Shown: positions 45,963 through 60,791, counted from the first letter of the stretch. The stretch: 64,000 nt of DNA from Magallana gigas (GCF_963853765.1 NC_088858.1:22258001-22322000); one strand, 5' to 3'. Numbers and translations: made by a program. The notes: generated by a model not told the origin, from the letters alone.

Positions 45963-47582
45963 ATGGGACGAATTTTTCTGCGACACATTGGAGGGACCAG
46001 ACTGTTCTCTTGTGCCAGTTGTGACACGCCTCTCACAAACAGAGCTGAATTGATTTCAACCAGATTCACAGGTTAGAAGTGATATCTAAAGTTTAATGTT
46101 TGACAACTAAGTTAGTTTAAACAATATTTTATTTCAAAATGAAATGAAAAAGGATCAGACAGCAGGCATGGCCTACTTTTAGTCCTCTCCTTGACAACTA
46201 AGTTAGCATGGTTGTCAACAGAACTAAAAAACCGTAGTCTCCTCCCTCAAAGTTATACTTTGATGGTATTGATAATTAGTTAATTTTCATTGAAACCTTA
46301 TCTAACAATGTAAATAATATTCATCATAATGGTGAATAAACTTTGTCAGTTAAAACAGTGCATGTCCTATCACTCCAATGAACGCACAGGCACCTGACGC
46401 TATATCTTTTTCTCATAATAAAATATGTACCCTATATCTAATAATACACAAGGTACACATTGCTTCCATCTTGAATATTTTAAACTGTCACATCAGATGG
46501 AAGTTTCACTAGAGACTCATCAGTAAAATTATTCTGCAATCATCTCTGTCTTCCTATCGTTCCTTCAACACTTAAGCTTACAACCGATTCAGCCAGAACT
46601 GTGCATTACACCTGTAATATATATAAAAATCACCTCACGAAGGGCATCAACTACCTTGGATATATGAAGTTAGGTGCCTGTGCATGAATGCTGTAAAAAT
46701 GTTCAAGTAATGTATATATATTCATTTGCAGACCAGTTATCGATAAAACTGGCCAGATCAGGGATTCAGTTGTAGTAATATAAACACAACTGGATTGGCA
46801 AAAAATAGCTGCAATAATGTAGCCCTCTCCCGATTTTTTTTTTTTTTTTTTTTGGGAGAGGGCTCCTCTCCAGTAAACATCAGATATAAAAAATCGGAGA
46901 GGGCTACATTATTGCAGCTAGGCAAAAAATTAAGTAAAAGGAGAACATACTCAGTGGATGTTAATGTTCACCAATGTCCATATTTCTTTTATAAAGTACT
47001 TAACATTTCATATTTATTACAATGTATGTTCTTTTTGAAGGGAGAGATTTAGGAACTGAACAATTTACATTCAGCTATATGTACCGGTAGTACATAAAAC
47101 CAGCATACAAATTAAATTTTACATATTCTTTTACTTTCTTGCATGAAGATTAAAGTTGGATAACAGTAACAAATTGGTATTCAGATTGATGCATTTAGTT
47201 ATAAGAATTTACATCAGTATATACCTGTACCACAGGTAAAAGATGGACATAACTGTTACAATTTTGTATTTATATGATTTAGAATGCACATCAGTATATT
47301 GTCTAGTATCTCTGTATATGTATACTAGGTGCCACAGGCCGAGCCTTCCTCTTCAATAAAGTGGTCAACTTGAACTACAGTGAGGTACAGGACCGCGTCA
47401 TGTTGACGGGGCGACACATGGTTCGCGACGTCTCCTGCAAGAACTGTGACGCAAAACTTGGCTGGGTGTACGAGTTTGCCACGGAGGACAACCAGAGATA
47501 CAAGGAGGGGCGGGTTATTCTGGAGAGAGCCCTGGTGACAGAGAGTGAAGGCATTGAGGAACACATCAGCCATGATGGATGA
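45963..47582 (+). CDS. YPEL5: Protein yippee-like 5, 2 coding exons, 120 aa
   Basis: join(45963..46071,47329..47582) = 363 nt. Translation: [37 protein letters not shown]|[69 protein letters not shown]. It has two CxxC Zn ligands and is near-identical to recalled YPEL5. Confidence 0.97.
46384..46683. mobile_element. ~300-bp MITE in the YPEL5 coding-region intron
   Basis: TIRs gcacaggcacct / aggtgcctgtgc. The same terminus appears at 6619 and near position 73. Confidence 0.65.
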
Positions 47583-49743
47583 AAAACAATGGGGAATAAC
47601 TGTTGCCTTAAAAATGTATATACAAAAGCTGTGTGTATGTTTTGATGACAATGACTCACATATCTTGGGTATGTCTGTAAGTCCAGACAAGAAGTTTGTG
47701 CAAGTCTTAAGACAGGGAATTTGTTCCTGTGAAGTTTGTTTAAACTGGCGTTAGCCAATGGGGGAATTATGACTGTAACATTACTGTACTTTGGATGCAT
47801 GCATGTATGTGTGAATATCTATATGACTGTTAAGAGTTCAATATATGTTGCCATGGCAAATTATATGAAACTGTACAAATGTTACACAAGTATTTATGTA
47901 ATTTGTGAGGTACTGGAATTGTTCAGGTTTGAAAAATTTTGTAAAGAATGAAAATGCAAAGAATGACAACTCTTGTAAGCTTGCATTTGCTGAAAGATAA
48001 TCATGCAAGGCCATTGAAAGATTGTTTATTTTTTTTTTTCTGTTGAGAGAAATTGAAGGGACAATTTTTTGTCCATATGAAATTAATGACTATGAAGTTA
48101 GCGGATGTTGAAATAATTGTACATGTATTAGGTTCTTTGCCTCCATCTATCTATCTCTCTCTCCCCCTTTCTCTTTAGATCTCTCTTCGGATGAAATATT
48201 GTTAACTATCTTAAGGCAGTAGTGGCATAGATTTCAGCCACCAAGTTTTGCAGCTACATGGTAAATATCAAGACACCAGCAACCTTCTTTGTTTTAATAC
48301 ATAATGTGGGTTTTATGGAAATAAATTGGTGCAAATGATATTTAGCTAAAATGTTGGACCTGCTTGTTTTTAGCATGTAGGATCCTATATACAGGTATTT
48401 GAAAATGGAGTTTGAGGTAATAGGAAATCTCTGAGATTTGAACCCCGTGAATGCCGCATATCATGAAGAATTGTTGTTGCTAATTGTTTCAGTGAATCAA
48501 CAGAGGCAGAAACAAATTTAAAGTTTACAATGTAGTGTATTTTCCTAGATACATTAGAATAATATTTAAAATCTTTGAATATAGTAAGGAAAAAAATGTG
48601 ATACATGTATATTATTGTCTGTATTTATTTGTTCTACACTTTATAATTATTATCTGTTTTTGCATTTTACTGACAGCTAGCTAAAACACGTAAGCTTCAA
48701 AATATATTTTTGAAATGAGTAGAAATAGATATATACAACAGTTAAGGTGGTATTGCAGCATTACTTTGATTTTCTAGCTTGGTACAATTTATAGGAGATT
48801 GATCTTATTACCTGGATGACTTTCCACAAAATCAATGACATATTAAATTATGTGCTTTGTCTCATCCTACAAATGGAATTGATTTTCTCATTATGCAAAT
48901 TTTCTTCAGCTGTGATTGCAGTTATGCTGCGTGAAGAAAACACGTTAATAAGAGATGTATACCATGTACAAAATTGTGAAAATTAAATCTGATCTAGATA
49001 TTAATACTAGTGTTGGTTATGTGTGCCAGTAATCTTTGTTTTGAAATAATTGCCTGTGAAATTGTAGGTAAAAGGTAAAAAAAAAAATTGACAATTCTTT
49101 GACATGACATTCAGGTCTACTAAAAATAATCTTGTATGATTGTAGCCTGAGATTTATATGTTAATTTTGGGAAGACTCTGTTTTGTGACAAATAAAAACT
49201 TTCGGCATCCAGAGGATTCTGATTGAATTGTAGGTGTTGAATTATTCTGATCCAATTTATTCCCTAATTTAAAAGTTTTCTTATGAAATTTCAAACAATT
49301 AACATATAGGCTATTTTGAAAAGTTGATTCCCCAGCTATTGATTTGTTATTACAAATTCAGAAATCAGTTTATTGCTCATAATGGCAGGGACGTATATAC
49401 GTCCCTGATAATGTTAAGCATTTTTTGAATAATTTAGATTTTTTTTATGTCTTAAGTTTAAGTTCCTTGGGACCATTTTTAACCATTTTACTTGTGTGAT
49501 AGAAATATCTTGACAATATGTAAATAGTAAATGTGCTGTTTGATATTTACATGAGCTATATCAAGGGAAATTCATGAGCGGATTGAAGGGATGGGTGGGG
49601 TGAAATCTAAAAGAAATATAATTGCCATTCATAAAATAATAGGTATATACATGGTTAAGATTTGTTTTCTTCCTCCCTCCCTTGACTCCCACCACCAAAA
49701 ACTACACACTAAAATCGGGTTTTCAGATTTGGTTTCTTTTTTG

Positions 49744-51399
49744 TTAGCTCACCCGAGCCTAAGGCTCACGTGGGCTTTTCTGAAGAAAATCTGTTCGTTG
49801 TCTGTCGTTGTCGTTGTTGTTGGCGTTGTAAAACATTTTCATTTTAAATTCTCGAAAACCGCTGGAACAATTCAACCAAACTTAACACAAAGCATCACTG
49901 GGTGAAGGGGATTCAAGTTTGTTCAAAGGAAGGCGGCACACTCTCTTTAAAGGAGAGACAATTTTGAATTATTAGCCAGTGTTCGTATTTTTCAATAATC
50001 TTCTCAATAACTATTTTGACAGAAAAAGCTGTTAATTGTGTGGAAGCATTCTCAAGGTAGTGTAGATTAAAGATAGTTTAAATCATGATCCCCGAGATAG
50101 GATGGAGCAACAATGTGGGGGGGGGGGGGGGGGGCGGGGGGTCAAATTTTACATAGGAGTATATAAAGAAAAATCTTTTAAAAATAATTTTCTCCTCAAC
50201 AATTATGCGGCCAAAAAAGTTGTAACTTGTGTGAAAGCATCCTCGTGTAGAGTAGATTCAAATTTGATCAAATCAGGACCCCCGGGGATAAAGTGGGAAC
50301 ACAATGAGGGTTCGTATATTTACAAAGATTAAATTAAAAAAAATCTTTAAAAATCTCCTCAGAAACTAATTGACCAGATGAGCTGTAACTTGTGTGAAAG
50401 CATTCTCGGGTAGTGTAGATTCAAGTTTTTTTAAAATCACCATCCCTACTGGAGTTAGGGAGGAACCCTAATGTGGGGGTGGGTGGGTTGTTGTTCAAAT
50501 TTTTACATAGGAATACATAGAAAAAGGTCTAACAACTTTTTTCTCAAAGCTGTAACTTTTGGACAGCATCCTCAGGTAGTGTAAATTCACATTTGTTCAA
50601 ATCACGATCCTCAGGAATACGTTGGGGCAAAAGAATCTATCCATAGGTTTGAAAAATATGAACATTTTATTTTAGTAAACAATTTTTTTATCAAAAAAAA
50701 CACAAAAACAAACCACTAATAAATAAATAAAACGTCTCATTGACATTACTGGACATGATTTAATAGATATTTATTCACATCTACAGTGTGTTTTATTTGC
50801 AACCAAAACAGACTTTCTACTTTCTCATAAAATAATACCCCAAGAAAAGAAGATAAATCGTATAAAATAATTCAGAGCATATATCCTTCTTTGAACAACT
50901 GAATATAATGTTTCCAGAAATAATACTACAACAATCCATCAAATAAAGTTCTGTCCTTTCTCACCCCCACTAAAAACATAAAAAACAAACTTTCACACCA
51001 TTGTGAATTATCATATATCTATTCTTGCATGTATATTGTATGTAAAAAAAAAATGTTGAGATTCCAAAAAAAATGTAGTATGTAAGAAAGCTGTGAAAGT
51101 CATGAATAAAAATATAAATAAAAAAAAAAATAAAAAAAATAAAGTTTTGGTGTACTATTCCACCTTTATATCTTCTTGAGAATGCTCAATATGTAATATG
51201 ATTATGAAATCATCAAGTTACAAAAGGAGCTCAAAGTTTAACATAAGAATGTATTTGGAGAAAATTTTGAAAGTCTTTTTATACGGGATATGTTTTACTG
51301 CATTGTCGATTTATTTTGTATATGACTCCTTTATATATAGATGATTTTATTGTTGGCTATTGGTGCTCAGGTGAGCGATGTGACCCATGGTCTCTTGTT
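49744..51399 (-). mobile_element. Diverged HINE-like element with degenerate satellite monomers and an AT-rich internal insert
   Basis: The 5' end at 51399 (reverse complement aacaagagaccatgggtcacatcgctcacctgag) is homologous to 20070-20300. The 3' hairpin and (GAC/AAC)n lie at 49744-49830. The monomer motif aagcatcctcaggtagtgtagattcaa is the reverse complement of the 20-22 kb satellite. Confidence 0.75.
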
Positions 51400-53300
51400 T
51401 TGCTTGTTATCTTAACTTCTGTGTTTACTTTTACCCCGCTATCCTAAAAAAAAACCTAGATCTGCGTCCGAAATCCTTTTAAATATGGGACTCTTGACAC
51501 AAATATTGTCCAGTAACTCACACAGCCAAATTTTGTAATTTATGTCAACAGTTTTACCAACTTTTTTTTACTGCCTCTCTCCATGGGACATCATTTAAAG
51601 TTTACTGTTGCGCAAAAGGGGCAATAAAAACCTTTAATGCGACAGCGTTAAAGGTCATATTTGTTTGCTAAGAAAACGACGAATTTTCATTATATGGTTT
51701 AAATACTGTAAAAGTTCTTCATGCATAGCTCCGTTGCTTCAATCCCAGTTATGATGTAACATGCATGTTTTCATCTTTAATCATATTTTGTTTATGACAT
51801 ATTTGCTCCACCCTTCAAAAGTATTGAAAGTTTTATCAATGAATCGGTTACGTACCGGTAAAATTAAGGTGTGGGTGTGTGTCGCGTTTTTAGGACTAGA
51901 ATCTAGACTTGTGGCGTAATGGGTGCATAATTCTTGTACATTTTTTAAACTACATATGCACTACAGCAACTGCATGATTAAAACAAAGAAAAAGTATAAA
52001 ATTGTTTTTTTGGGTGAAGTGTAAATCTCAACTCCAACTATGCTGAATTACTATAGTCATCAGACGATAGCTGTATTTTGACGGGCAACGACTTATAAAT
52101 CCAACCTCATAAAGGAAAAAAACCCCACATAATAAAGTTAAACTTTGCAAGCATAGGCACGGTAATGAATCTAAAAAGTTGAAAGAACTCATTTCTACAC
52201 ACAATTAAAGAATCAATATCTCGTATTTACTACTGTATGAATACGAGTGAAAGAATTTTAATAAAGAACATAATACAACCTTTGTAAATTACCCATTTAG
52301 GACACTTATGACTGAATCGATCTCAGTAATTAAACCATGATTATACGATTTAAAAGCTTGTTATCATTGAATAACACTGAAAAGTACAAGTGATGCATAT
52401 ATATCAAATAGGTCGCCTTTGTTCGTTTGTTAAACATCACTACGACCGTTCCTAATCAACAAAATAAAATATTTATGTAAACTTTTTTCGTATTGATAAA
52501 AATTGATGTATACATTACAACAGAATAAAGGGACCGAAGAATTCGTTGAAACGTAGGGAAAAAAAAAACCCTTACTGACAACTAGATCAAACAATAGAAA
52601 ACATTTAATCTTACAGCGAAGTTTTGTGGGATGATTACACCAGTACATCAGAATTGTTCCCATGCAAGAACTTAAAGACTTAAAAACGAACCCCAATTTT
52701 ATGAACCTTTACGTTGTATACTAGTTACCACAAGGCAATGAAATACAAGGCAGATTAATTTTATTTATATATAATTCAGAAGAAAACGACTGGTTGAGAA
52801 AAATTGAACATAACAAAATAACACCATAGTACTATATTTTCAATTTTAAGTAATTTAAGAGGCCAATTCAGGGCCCTAGAGTGACAACAAATAGGAACAT
52901 TATACATGTACATACAGGTATAATGAATTTGGAAAGTTTTACATAATTAAAAGAAAAACAGCCATTAACATTTAAACATAAATACATTATCTATATTCGT
53001 AAAGTATACATGTATATGTGCATACTTTTGCCATGTGTTAAAAAATCCCAAATGAAATAAAATACCAAACTAAATTAAAAATGCCCCCATATAAGTTAGG
53101 CTACAATTACAAAAAAAAAACATACCAAAAAATTGATTTAACAACTACATGAACTAACAACTTACATCAACAAATCAGCTTGTCAACCATCCAACTAACC
53201 TTACCAACCAGCCGACCAACGAAGTCTTATTTTCGTCAAACGTTAACAAGTTGACAGACGAACTCGCCAACCGGATGACCAACGAACCATACCAACACAA

Positions 53301-53516
53301 TACTGAAAACAAACTTTTATTAACGAGCGAGTAAATTTCGCGAGACTTAATGACGAAAACCTAGCTTTGTGTCGCGAATATCTCTTGCCACGAGCCAGAC
53401 ATTACAAAATTTCCTTATTATACTATCAATATGGGCTTGGTCACATAAAAGTACTCCCTGCCATCACTGGTAATAAGCAAAATAAAGTCGTCACGAATAA
53501 AGGTTGGTCCTCAGTA
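53301..53516. mobile_element. Old TA-ended MITE
   Basis: Degenerate TIRs tactgaaaacaaacttttatt / aataaaggttggtcctcagta. Confidence 0.5.
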
Positions 53517-55537
53517 AACCTTTGATCTAACCATTCGACCAGTCAGCTAGGTCCGCGCGCTAGTCTTTCAGCGTGGACCGGTATACTCGTTCACCGGTTG
53601 ACCACCCATGCAATTTACTAATAGATCCATAAATCTGTACGACGAATGAACAACATTAAAATACAACAACTCGACAACCAGCCAAAAATACCAAATTAAT
53701 TTGATGACCTACCGATTACATCTTCAGCAAACCGACAAAACAAGAATCTAAAGGCTGATTATAATATTTTTCTGAATATGGAAATCTAACGATAAAAATC
53801 ATATTCTTCTCACATAGTATTTTTTTCTTTAAAAAAAGTCAGGTGCCTAGCTATATCTTCTAAACGAGGCTTGTGGACACAAATAGTCATCATATTTTAC
53901 ATGTCATACCTTCAAGGCCTTTAAAGTAAATCATTTTAATAATATATATATATAATTTAATAGAATAACATTTTTCCAGGAATATATTAATTACAATAAG
54001 TAATTACAAATTATACAATACACTGATAATGGAGGAAAGATCGTTCAAAAAGAAGAGTCTTAGTATCATCAGTTACCATTGATAAAAACACTTCAGCTAA
54101 CTGATGAAAAGTTTTCAAAAATATTTAATTCCGTTCCAAAAAAAATGTGAAGGATGCTGACTCAGGGGTTTTGAATTGGTCGCGGAAAGATAGAGTATAT
54201 TGAGGTAGCTAGACAATATGTTAAAAACAATAGTGTGGGGAGGAGTTTGAAAGGGTGGGAGAGGATTTTGCCTAAAAGAAGTAGTTAGTCCGCCCCTGGG
54301 TGAAGCTGTCTAGTACTGTAATAAACTAATTTGACACGATATCAAGGACCGAAACAAAAGAAAAAATATTTCATATGGAAAATGCATCAATGTAGTCGCA
54401 ACGCACACCTCTTGACTGAGGGGCTCACGATTTTACTTTGATGGACGCCTCATACCGGTATATTGCTCCTCGGTACTTTGGATATGTACTTTTTTAGTTC
54501 TAATATATTGGGAAAAAAAATTACTGCATTTTCACTGTATATGATCAACAGACCCCCTCCCCTACCCAATCACCAGAAACAATATCCAGGGATCATGGGT
54601 CTTACAGTCTTAGGTGAGAAATTCTTCATAAATGCAGAGGAGCTCGGTGAAAAAAAAATGTTTGAGAGTTTACGCACGGCGACGGACGAATCGTTAATGG
54701 CGATGAATCACCAGATCCACACAGCTGGAGATCTAAACGTAAAAAATCCCTTGTTTTCTGTGGTTCAAAAAATACAATGGAATGTATGCGACCAATAACG
54801 CATGAATTACCAATATCTCACCATTGTATTGCTTTTTTCATTTTTCATTAAAATTTTCAGTTTCTTTTTTTTTTTAAATTGAAATTTGGTTTGACGTTTT
54901 GAGTTCATTTGAATTATTTTTTCATAGTTTAACATTGCATGATTAAGACAACTCTTCAAGCAAGCGAATGACATTGAACCTTTAATTGACATTAAATGCA
55001 TGTCATTAAATGAATGCTGATTTTAAATAATCACCATGCCATTACTTTCAACCATACAGTCAATCTCATGGCGTGCGTATATTTTCTTTGTTTTATTCAC
55101 AATTTCAATAGTTGAAGCGTATCCAAGTATAGTAAATGCCTATATGCATTGATGTTAAAAATTAACAATGCAAGTTCAAAAGCCTATCTTTTTTACAAAG
55201 ATGTTTGTTAATAATCATTTCCAAATATAATTAGATTTGTGTTTATTGATTGTCGTAGACATAGATAATCTTTCAAAACACGTACAGGTATAAAATCATT
55301 TTGCATCATTTGTTTTTTTTACCCCTGTTCAGTCATGCAGTTACTCGGGTATAGATTTCAAGTCTGTACACATGAACATCTCATCAGCAAATGTGTTCGA
55401 GGAGAAAATTTACCCATCTAAATTTGTCGCTAAAGAAGGCTGTTAACCTTCAGATCTTCCTTAAATTTTCTGCTATGATATGTTTACTTACAAACTATCA
55501 TTAGGTAAAGAAGAAATCCAATTATTTGAGAGATTAA

Positions 55538-55978
55538 TGTCAGGCGACACGTTCCTCAATTTTATATAACTTTTTCCAGGAATTTGTTAATGGTTTACTA
55601 CTACTTTGATAAGCTTTCTTGCAAAAAATTAGGTACCTTACCAGACATTTCTGCAAAATACTAGAGTATGCAATTACCTAATATATAATTTTCTTGAAAA
55701 TACACTTGAGTTGCTGATATAAAAATAAATAAATATACAGCACAGCGAAATTCACTCTATCTCGGGTGGGCCCGGGCTTTGAACTCACGACCTCTAGATA
55801 CTACGCTCCTGGCAGTAAGCGGCCACAGCTCTAACCACTCGGCCATCTATGCATATATTCATTATTGATCAATGGAATCTTAATCATTTTGAATATAATT
55901 ATAAAAATAATAATTTTTATTGGAACTCTCTATTACGAGGAGATACAAAAAGATTCTCGAGGAACGTGTGGTCTGACC
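55538..55978. mobile_element. TTAA-flanked Kolobok-type element with an internal tRNA-like module, 441 bp (same family as 40860-41366)
   Basis: TTAA at 55534-55537 and 55979-55982. TIRs tgtcaggcgacacgttcctc / gaggaacgtgtggtctgacc. The - strand A-box GGCCGAGTGGTTAGAG and B-box GAGTTCAAAGCC lie at about 55764-55844. Confidence 0.85.
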
Positions 55979-56941
55979 TTAAAAAATTTGATTGTTTGCT
56001 GTATCTGTGTACAGAGCTCTTCTTAAAGGAGGTTAATATAGTCAAACATGGCCGCGATCGATCATCCAGCCCTCTTAAATTCTCCCAACAATCGATTACA
56101 GAGCAAGAATCGAGTGGGAGGGTATTGTTTCCCTATATTCCCTTTTCATGTATGTCAGGGGCGAATCAAGCAGATTGCATGTAGAGCTATTATAGACATA
56201 TTTCTTAATAACTACACAATTTGTCGGTGGGTCTAAGCCTTATGATTAGCATCGTTAATTTTTGTATCTGCAGCTATTTCAAATTCTGACAAGAAACTTG
56301 CATTCATAAAGGGATGTTTAGGTTAAAAAAAAACCCACTTTGCTGACAAACTTGTGAGGAAAATATGCAATAAAAATTCATATTCATTTATTACAATAAA
56401 CATGTTTTTGAATTTTATAAAACTACTCCATGTACACTGTAGTATGTTATGTTGCCGGAAAAAAGTCTGATATTTTGTAGCTTTGACGTCATTTGATATT
56501 CATGGACACATACATTATATATAGTATTTATACAGTTATAGACTATTCTATAAATCTTTCAACAGAACTAACTACATGTAAAGTGATTCCTTAAATAAAC
56601 TGCATTTATTTAACTGTAAATAGTTTGCTAATTTCTGCATTGTAAAGATTCTAATGCAAGACTTTTACTTTTTGGTTGAATTTGTTAATAAATGCAAGCA
56701 GGGAACATAAATTTTTAATCAGCGGTGTCTTGAGTTTGATACTATAATAAGCACATGTACAAATATAATAAATGCAAATTGTGTTTGTTTTCGACGCTCG
56801 AATATTGTTCGCAATGAAATGTCAATATATCGCGGAGAATGGGAAAGAATTATAAATGTAGTTTAATCATTTGCAAGGCATGCTGTCTTCTGTCCATTAA
56901 GTCCTCTATGAAATAAATCATGATTTGAATCAGAAACTCTG

Positions 56942-56945
<4 letters not shown>

Positions 56946-57004
<59 letters not shown>
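56946..57004. repeat. (GA)n microsatellite
   Basis: Pure GA run. Confidence 0.95.
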
Positions 57005-57009
<5 letters not shown>

Positions 57010-58779
57010 ACTTTAATTTTAATTTCAAGGTGAAAAACCTATTTTACGCACTGTTCTGATCGTCTAAGGAGTCAGAAAAACTCTATAGACTGGTAGGCGT
57101 TTAATAGAAACGTGGATACCATGCTATTCAAACTCTTCATATTGAGATTTTTAATATTTTCTGCACGTAATGCTTGTCAGAAATTAAGTTTTAACAATGA
57201 ACAAGAACTGTTTTAGTTTTAAGTTTTGAAGTTTTAGAAGTAAAAGAATATTCCAATTTTAATATTAAAAAGATCAATAGAAGTAATAACAAACATAAAA
57301 AAGAAATTCCGACATCAAAAATATATATATACATGTAGATATGTATATAAAGATGTTTTATATAAAATTGTTATCTTTACCGCATTCAGAACTCGTTGTC
57401 AGTTTGTTGCTAACTGTAACCACAAACCTCCCACGAACACTTATATGTAGTTGTATACTTATTGTACAGGGTGTGGCTTGTCGGCCAATACATTCTGTCG
57501 CTTTATTTGCTCAATAGGCGGTTTTAAAGGTGAACATTTAAGCTTGTTGACGATGTTCTTATCGGTCAGCAATTTGTAGTCGGTTGTTCTGAAGACATCA
57601 AGAAACAGGAAATGAAAGAAAGCGTTTCGTGAAGGAAATATAGCCTTGATACTCAAATTATTTCTTTGAACGACTCTTGCTTGTATAGTCCTGTTCAATG
57701 CATATTTCTCTCTGCACGCATGCGTGTGCGTGTATCTGTGCATCCATTGGGATCATTGCGGTCATAACTAAAAACTGACTTAATATGTCTAAAAGATTCT
57801 GCAAACAATTTTGAGCCCTCTGAATTGTTTGACAAGCTAAGTGAATTACTTTTGGGGTTCTGGTTGTTGTTTACCGATCATTGATTGAAAAGGTAAACAT
57901 TGTTAGGTGTATCGGCGAAAATTTGTGAATTCTACGTTCTTTAAAACTCTTGATCCGAAGGTAGACAGCATGCTCTTTTCACTTAGAATACTGCATTTTA
58001 GGTCAATTGGACCCGTAGCAATGTTTGTTATTGAGGACTTAACTCCTTATGGCAACGCTATCACGGGCTTCTCTAATGAGTCTCTTATTGTGGAGACCAC
58101 ATTGACAGCCAACGATTCGTAAAGTGTTAGAATGTGCACTCCTCAAAATAACAAATACGGCAAATTGCTGCAACACAAAAAGAATAGAAAGCTTGGATTA
58201 TTTTGGATGAATTTGCTTCTATAGAAAACAATTTCAAAAGGCTATTGATCAGGGGGCATCCAAATAATGAGTATGTATTCAGGGAATTGAATTCTTACAT
58301 AATGCAAAAATCATTTTTTCCATCGGGATGAAATTAAACGCATTGAACCCAGGTATGCTTGGCGACGTTACGTAAATGTGTCTAAAATCAATAAATGACA
58401 CCCCCTCAACCCCCCCCCCCCCCCCCCAAAAAAAAAAAAAAATTATCGGGTTTTACAAATTTAGAGCTTTGATATTTACATAGAAACCCAAATTCCATCA
58501 AAGTAAGAAATAAAAAAAATTTAAAGAAATTTCATTGATTATTATAAAATGTTTCAAGTTCTTGAATTCATGGTATTGTTGATGTTAGCGACGAGATGGA
58601 CCTCTCAATGCGTGAACTAATCTCAACGTATTGAATTTTTATATCTATGGAATGAGATGACAGCGCTTATCATATCACTATATACAAATTTACAACATTT
58701 AGAAACAATGCTCAGTATTATTATCAATATGTTAAGTAGGGCTATTATCATTATTATTTATCGGTCTATTTACCGATCA

Positions 58780-59360
58780 ACTGAATCATTCATGCTTATA
58801 TCAATTATCTATTAACTGATTTGTCTATAGAATCGTCCATGCTAACATAAACTAATTTGTCTACAACTATCCATTACTGAATCATCCATGCTTACATCAA
58901 TAGATTTATCTACAACTATCCATCGACTGAATCGTCCATGCTTACATCAATAGATTTGTCTACATCTATCCATTACTGAATCATCCATGCTTACATCAAT
59001 AGATTTGTCTACAACTATCCATCGACTGAATCGTTCATGCTTACATCGATTGTTTTGTCTATAACTATCCATCGACTGAATCATCCATGCTTACATCGAT
59101 TGTTTTGTCTACAACTATCCATCGACTGAATCGTCCATGCTTACATCGATTGTTTTGCCTACAGAATTATTCATGCTGACATCGATTGTTTTGTTTATAG
59201 AATCATTTATGCAAAGATCGATTGTTTTGTCAATAAAATCATTCATGCTTAGATCGATTGTTTTGTCTATAGAATCATTTATGCATATATCAGTTGGTTT
59301 GTCTATAGAATCATTCCTGATCACTTTGACTGGTTTGTCTATACCTACCCATCGACTGAC
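58780..59360. repeat. Minisatellite with mixed 49/50-bp and 36-bp units
   Basis: The aactatcc anchor recurs at 58865, 58914, 58964, 59013, 59063 and 59113. It is followed by 36-bp units starting atcgattgttttg. Confidence 0.85.
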
Positions 59361-60791
59361 TAAAGCACGCTGTCATCTTTTCATCGTTTACGCAAGTTTA
59401 TTTTAATTCATTGAATGTTTTATCTATCGATTAATTGGTCTACTCTTCGATTGATGGATTATTTCTGTAACAGATTTATTTATTCATCTCAAGTGTGACA
59501 AAGCGGAACATGCATGGAACTCAGCACTCACCTTAAAGTTTATATATGCTATAGTAAACCGGATATAACTTGCATGCACTTTACAAAATATTTGTGAAAT
59601 TGTGATACATAGAACACTGACAAACATTAATGGACATCAGTACATGTACTACTTTTCTGAAGTCTTAACCGAAGTGTATGACCTATTGATGGTATCACGG
59701 TGAACCAATCAGTACAGATTTTTGATTAAGGAGACTAAGTGGTCAGCAAATTGAATATCAGATCTTCCTTGAATATTTAAATATGAAGTTATTTACAATA
59801 AACTATCATTTAATGAATGAAAAATCCATGTATTTTAGCACTGCCTTTTGAATATTTTGCTATATTTTTATACATTTTCAAGGAAATTATTGTATAGTGT
59901 GAAAAATGGCCATGACCACCAAGCCCTCTTTAAATGGTAAACAAAAATATCTTCCAATTAACGCAATCACATAAAATTTACGTTTATGAAAACTTGCTTA
60001 CGTACAAGTGATTGTATAAAGGCAGAGTTGAAATTCTCATATATTTATTTGACACGGTGAACACTAGTGAAGTAGGACGAATTCTTTTGACTCATTCACA
60101 TAAACGTTTACACAGGGTACGGATGAATGAAGAAGTTAAAAATCTCTTATCTAAGAATTAGAAAAAGTGCAAGTCTAAATGTAAACCAAATTTAATTAAG
60201 TTTATGGAGATATCTATATATTCATTTGAAACGCACATTTGATTGAAAAAGGGGTATTTTGAATTTATAAAATAGGTTATACAGAATTATAAAAGAAAGA
60301 AACTGACATAAATTCTGAAAAACCTTTAACACATACATACATGGTTGACATGGATATTGATTTCAAACTTGCTAGTTAATTCACCATGCAACATAAAGCC
60401 AATCTAATGTCTTAACTATTACGGATCGCTGAAATCATAGAAAACTTGCAAGCCGTTTTCTGTGATGTTTATAGGCATTCAATACGGTCTCGATGCGTTA
60501 TTTGTAAAATATGCAAATGAAGGTAGCTATGCGTTAAAACCACCCTTTCTCCGATTTTATAGAGCCGGTGTCATGGGCGTAATGTTTATAACGTGAACAG
60601 ACTGCTCTTCTTGAAACTGGTTTCTTGAGTAGCAAACAAACTTATCTGTTGATAGCAACCGTAATTTATATAAATTATCATGCCCGGGCACAAATATCGA
60701 CCACATCCCCTGTTGAAGAGACAGATCAAGCATCAGGGTGAAAAATATATCTACAAATATCATAAAATATACGATACATAAATAATCAAAT

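Noticed and set aside
47325-47800. 121-aa and 141-aa minus-strand ORFs
   Set aside because: They are antisense shadows of the GC-rich last YPEL5 exon.
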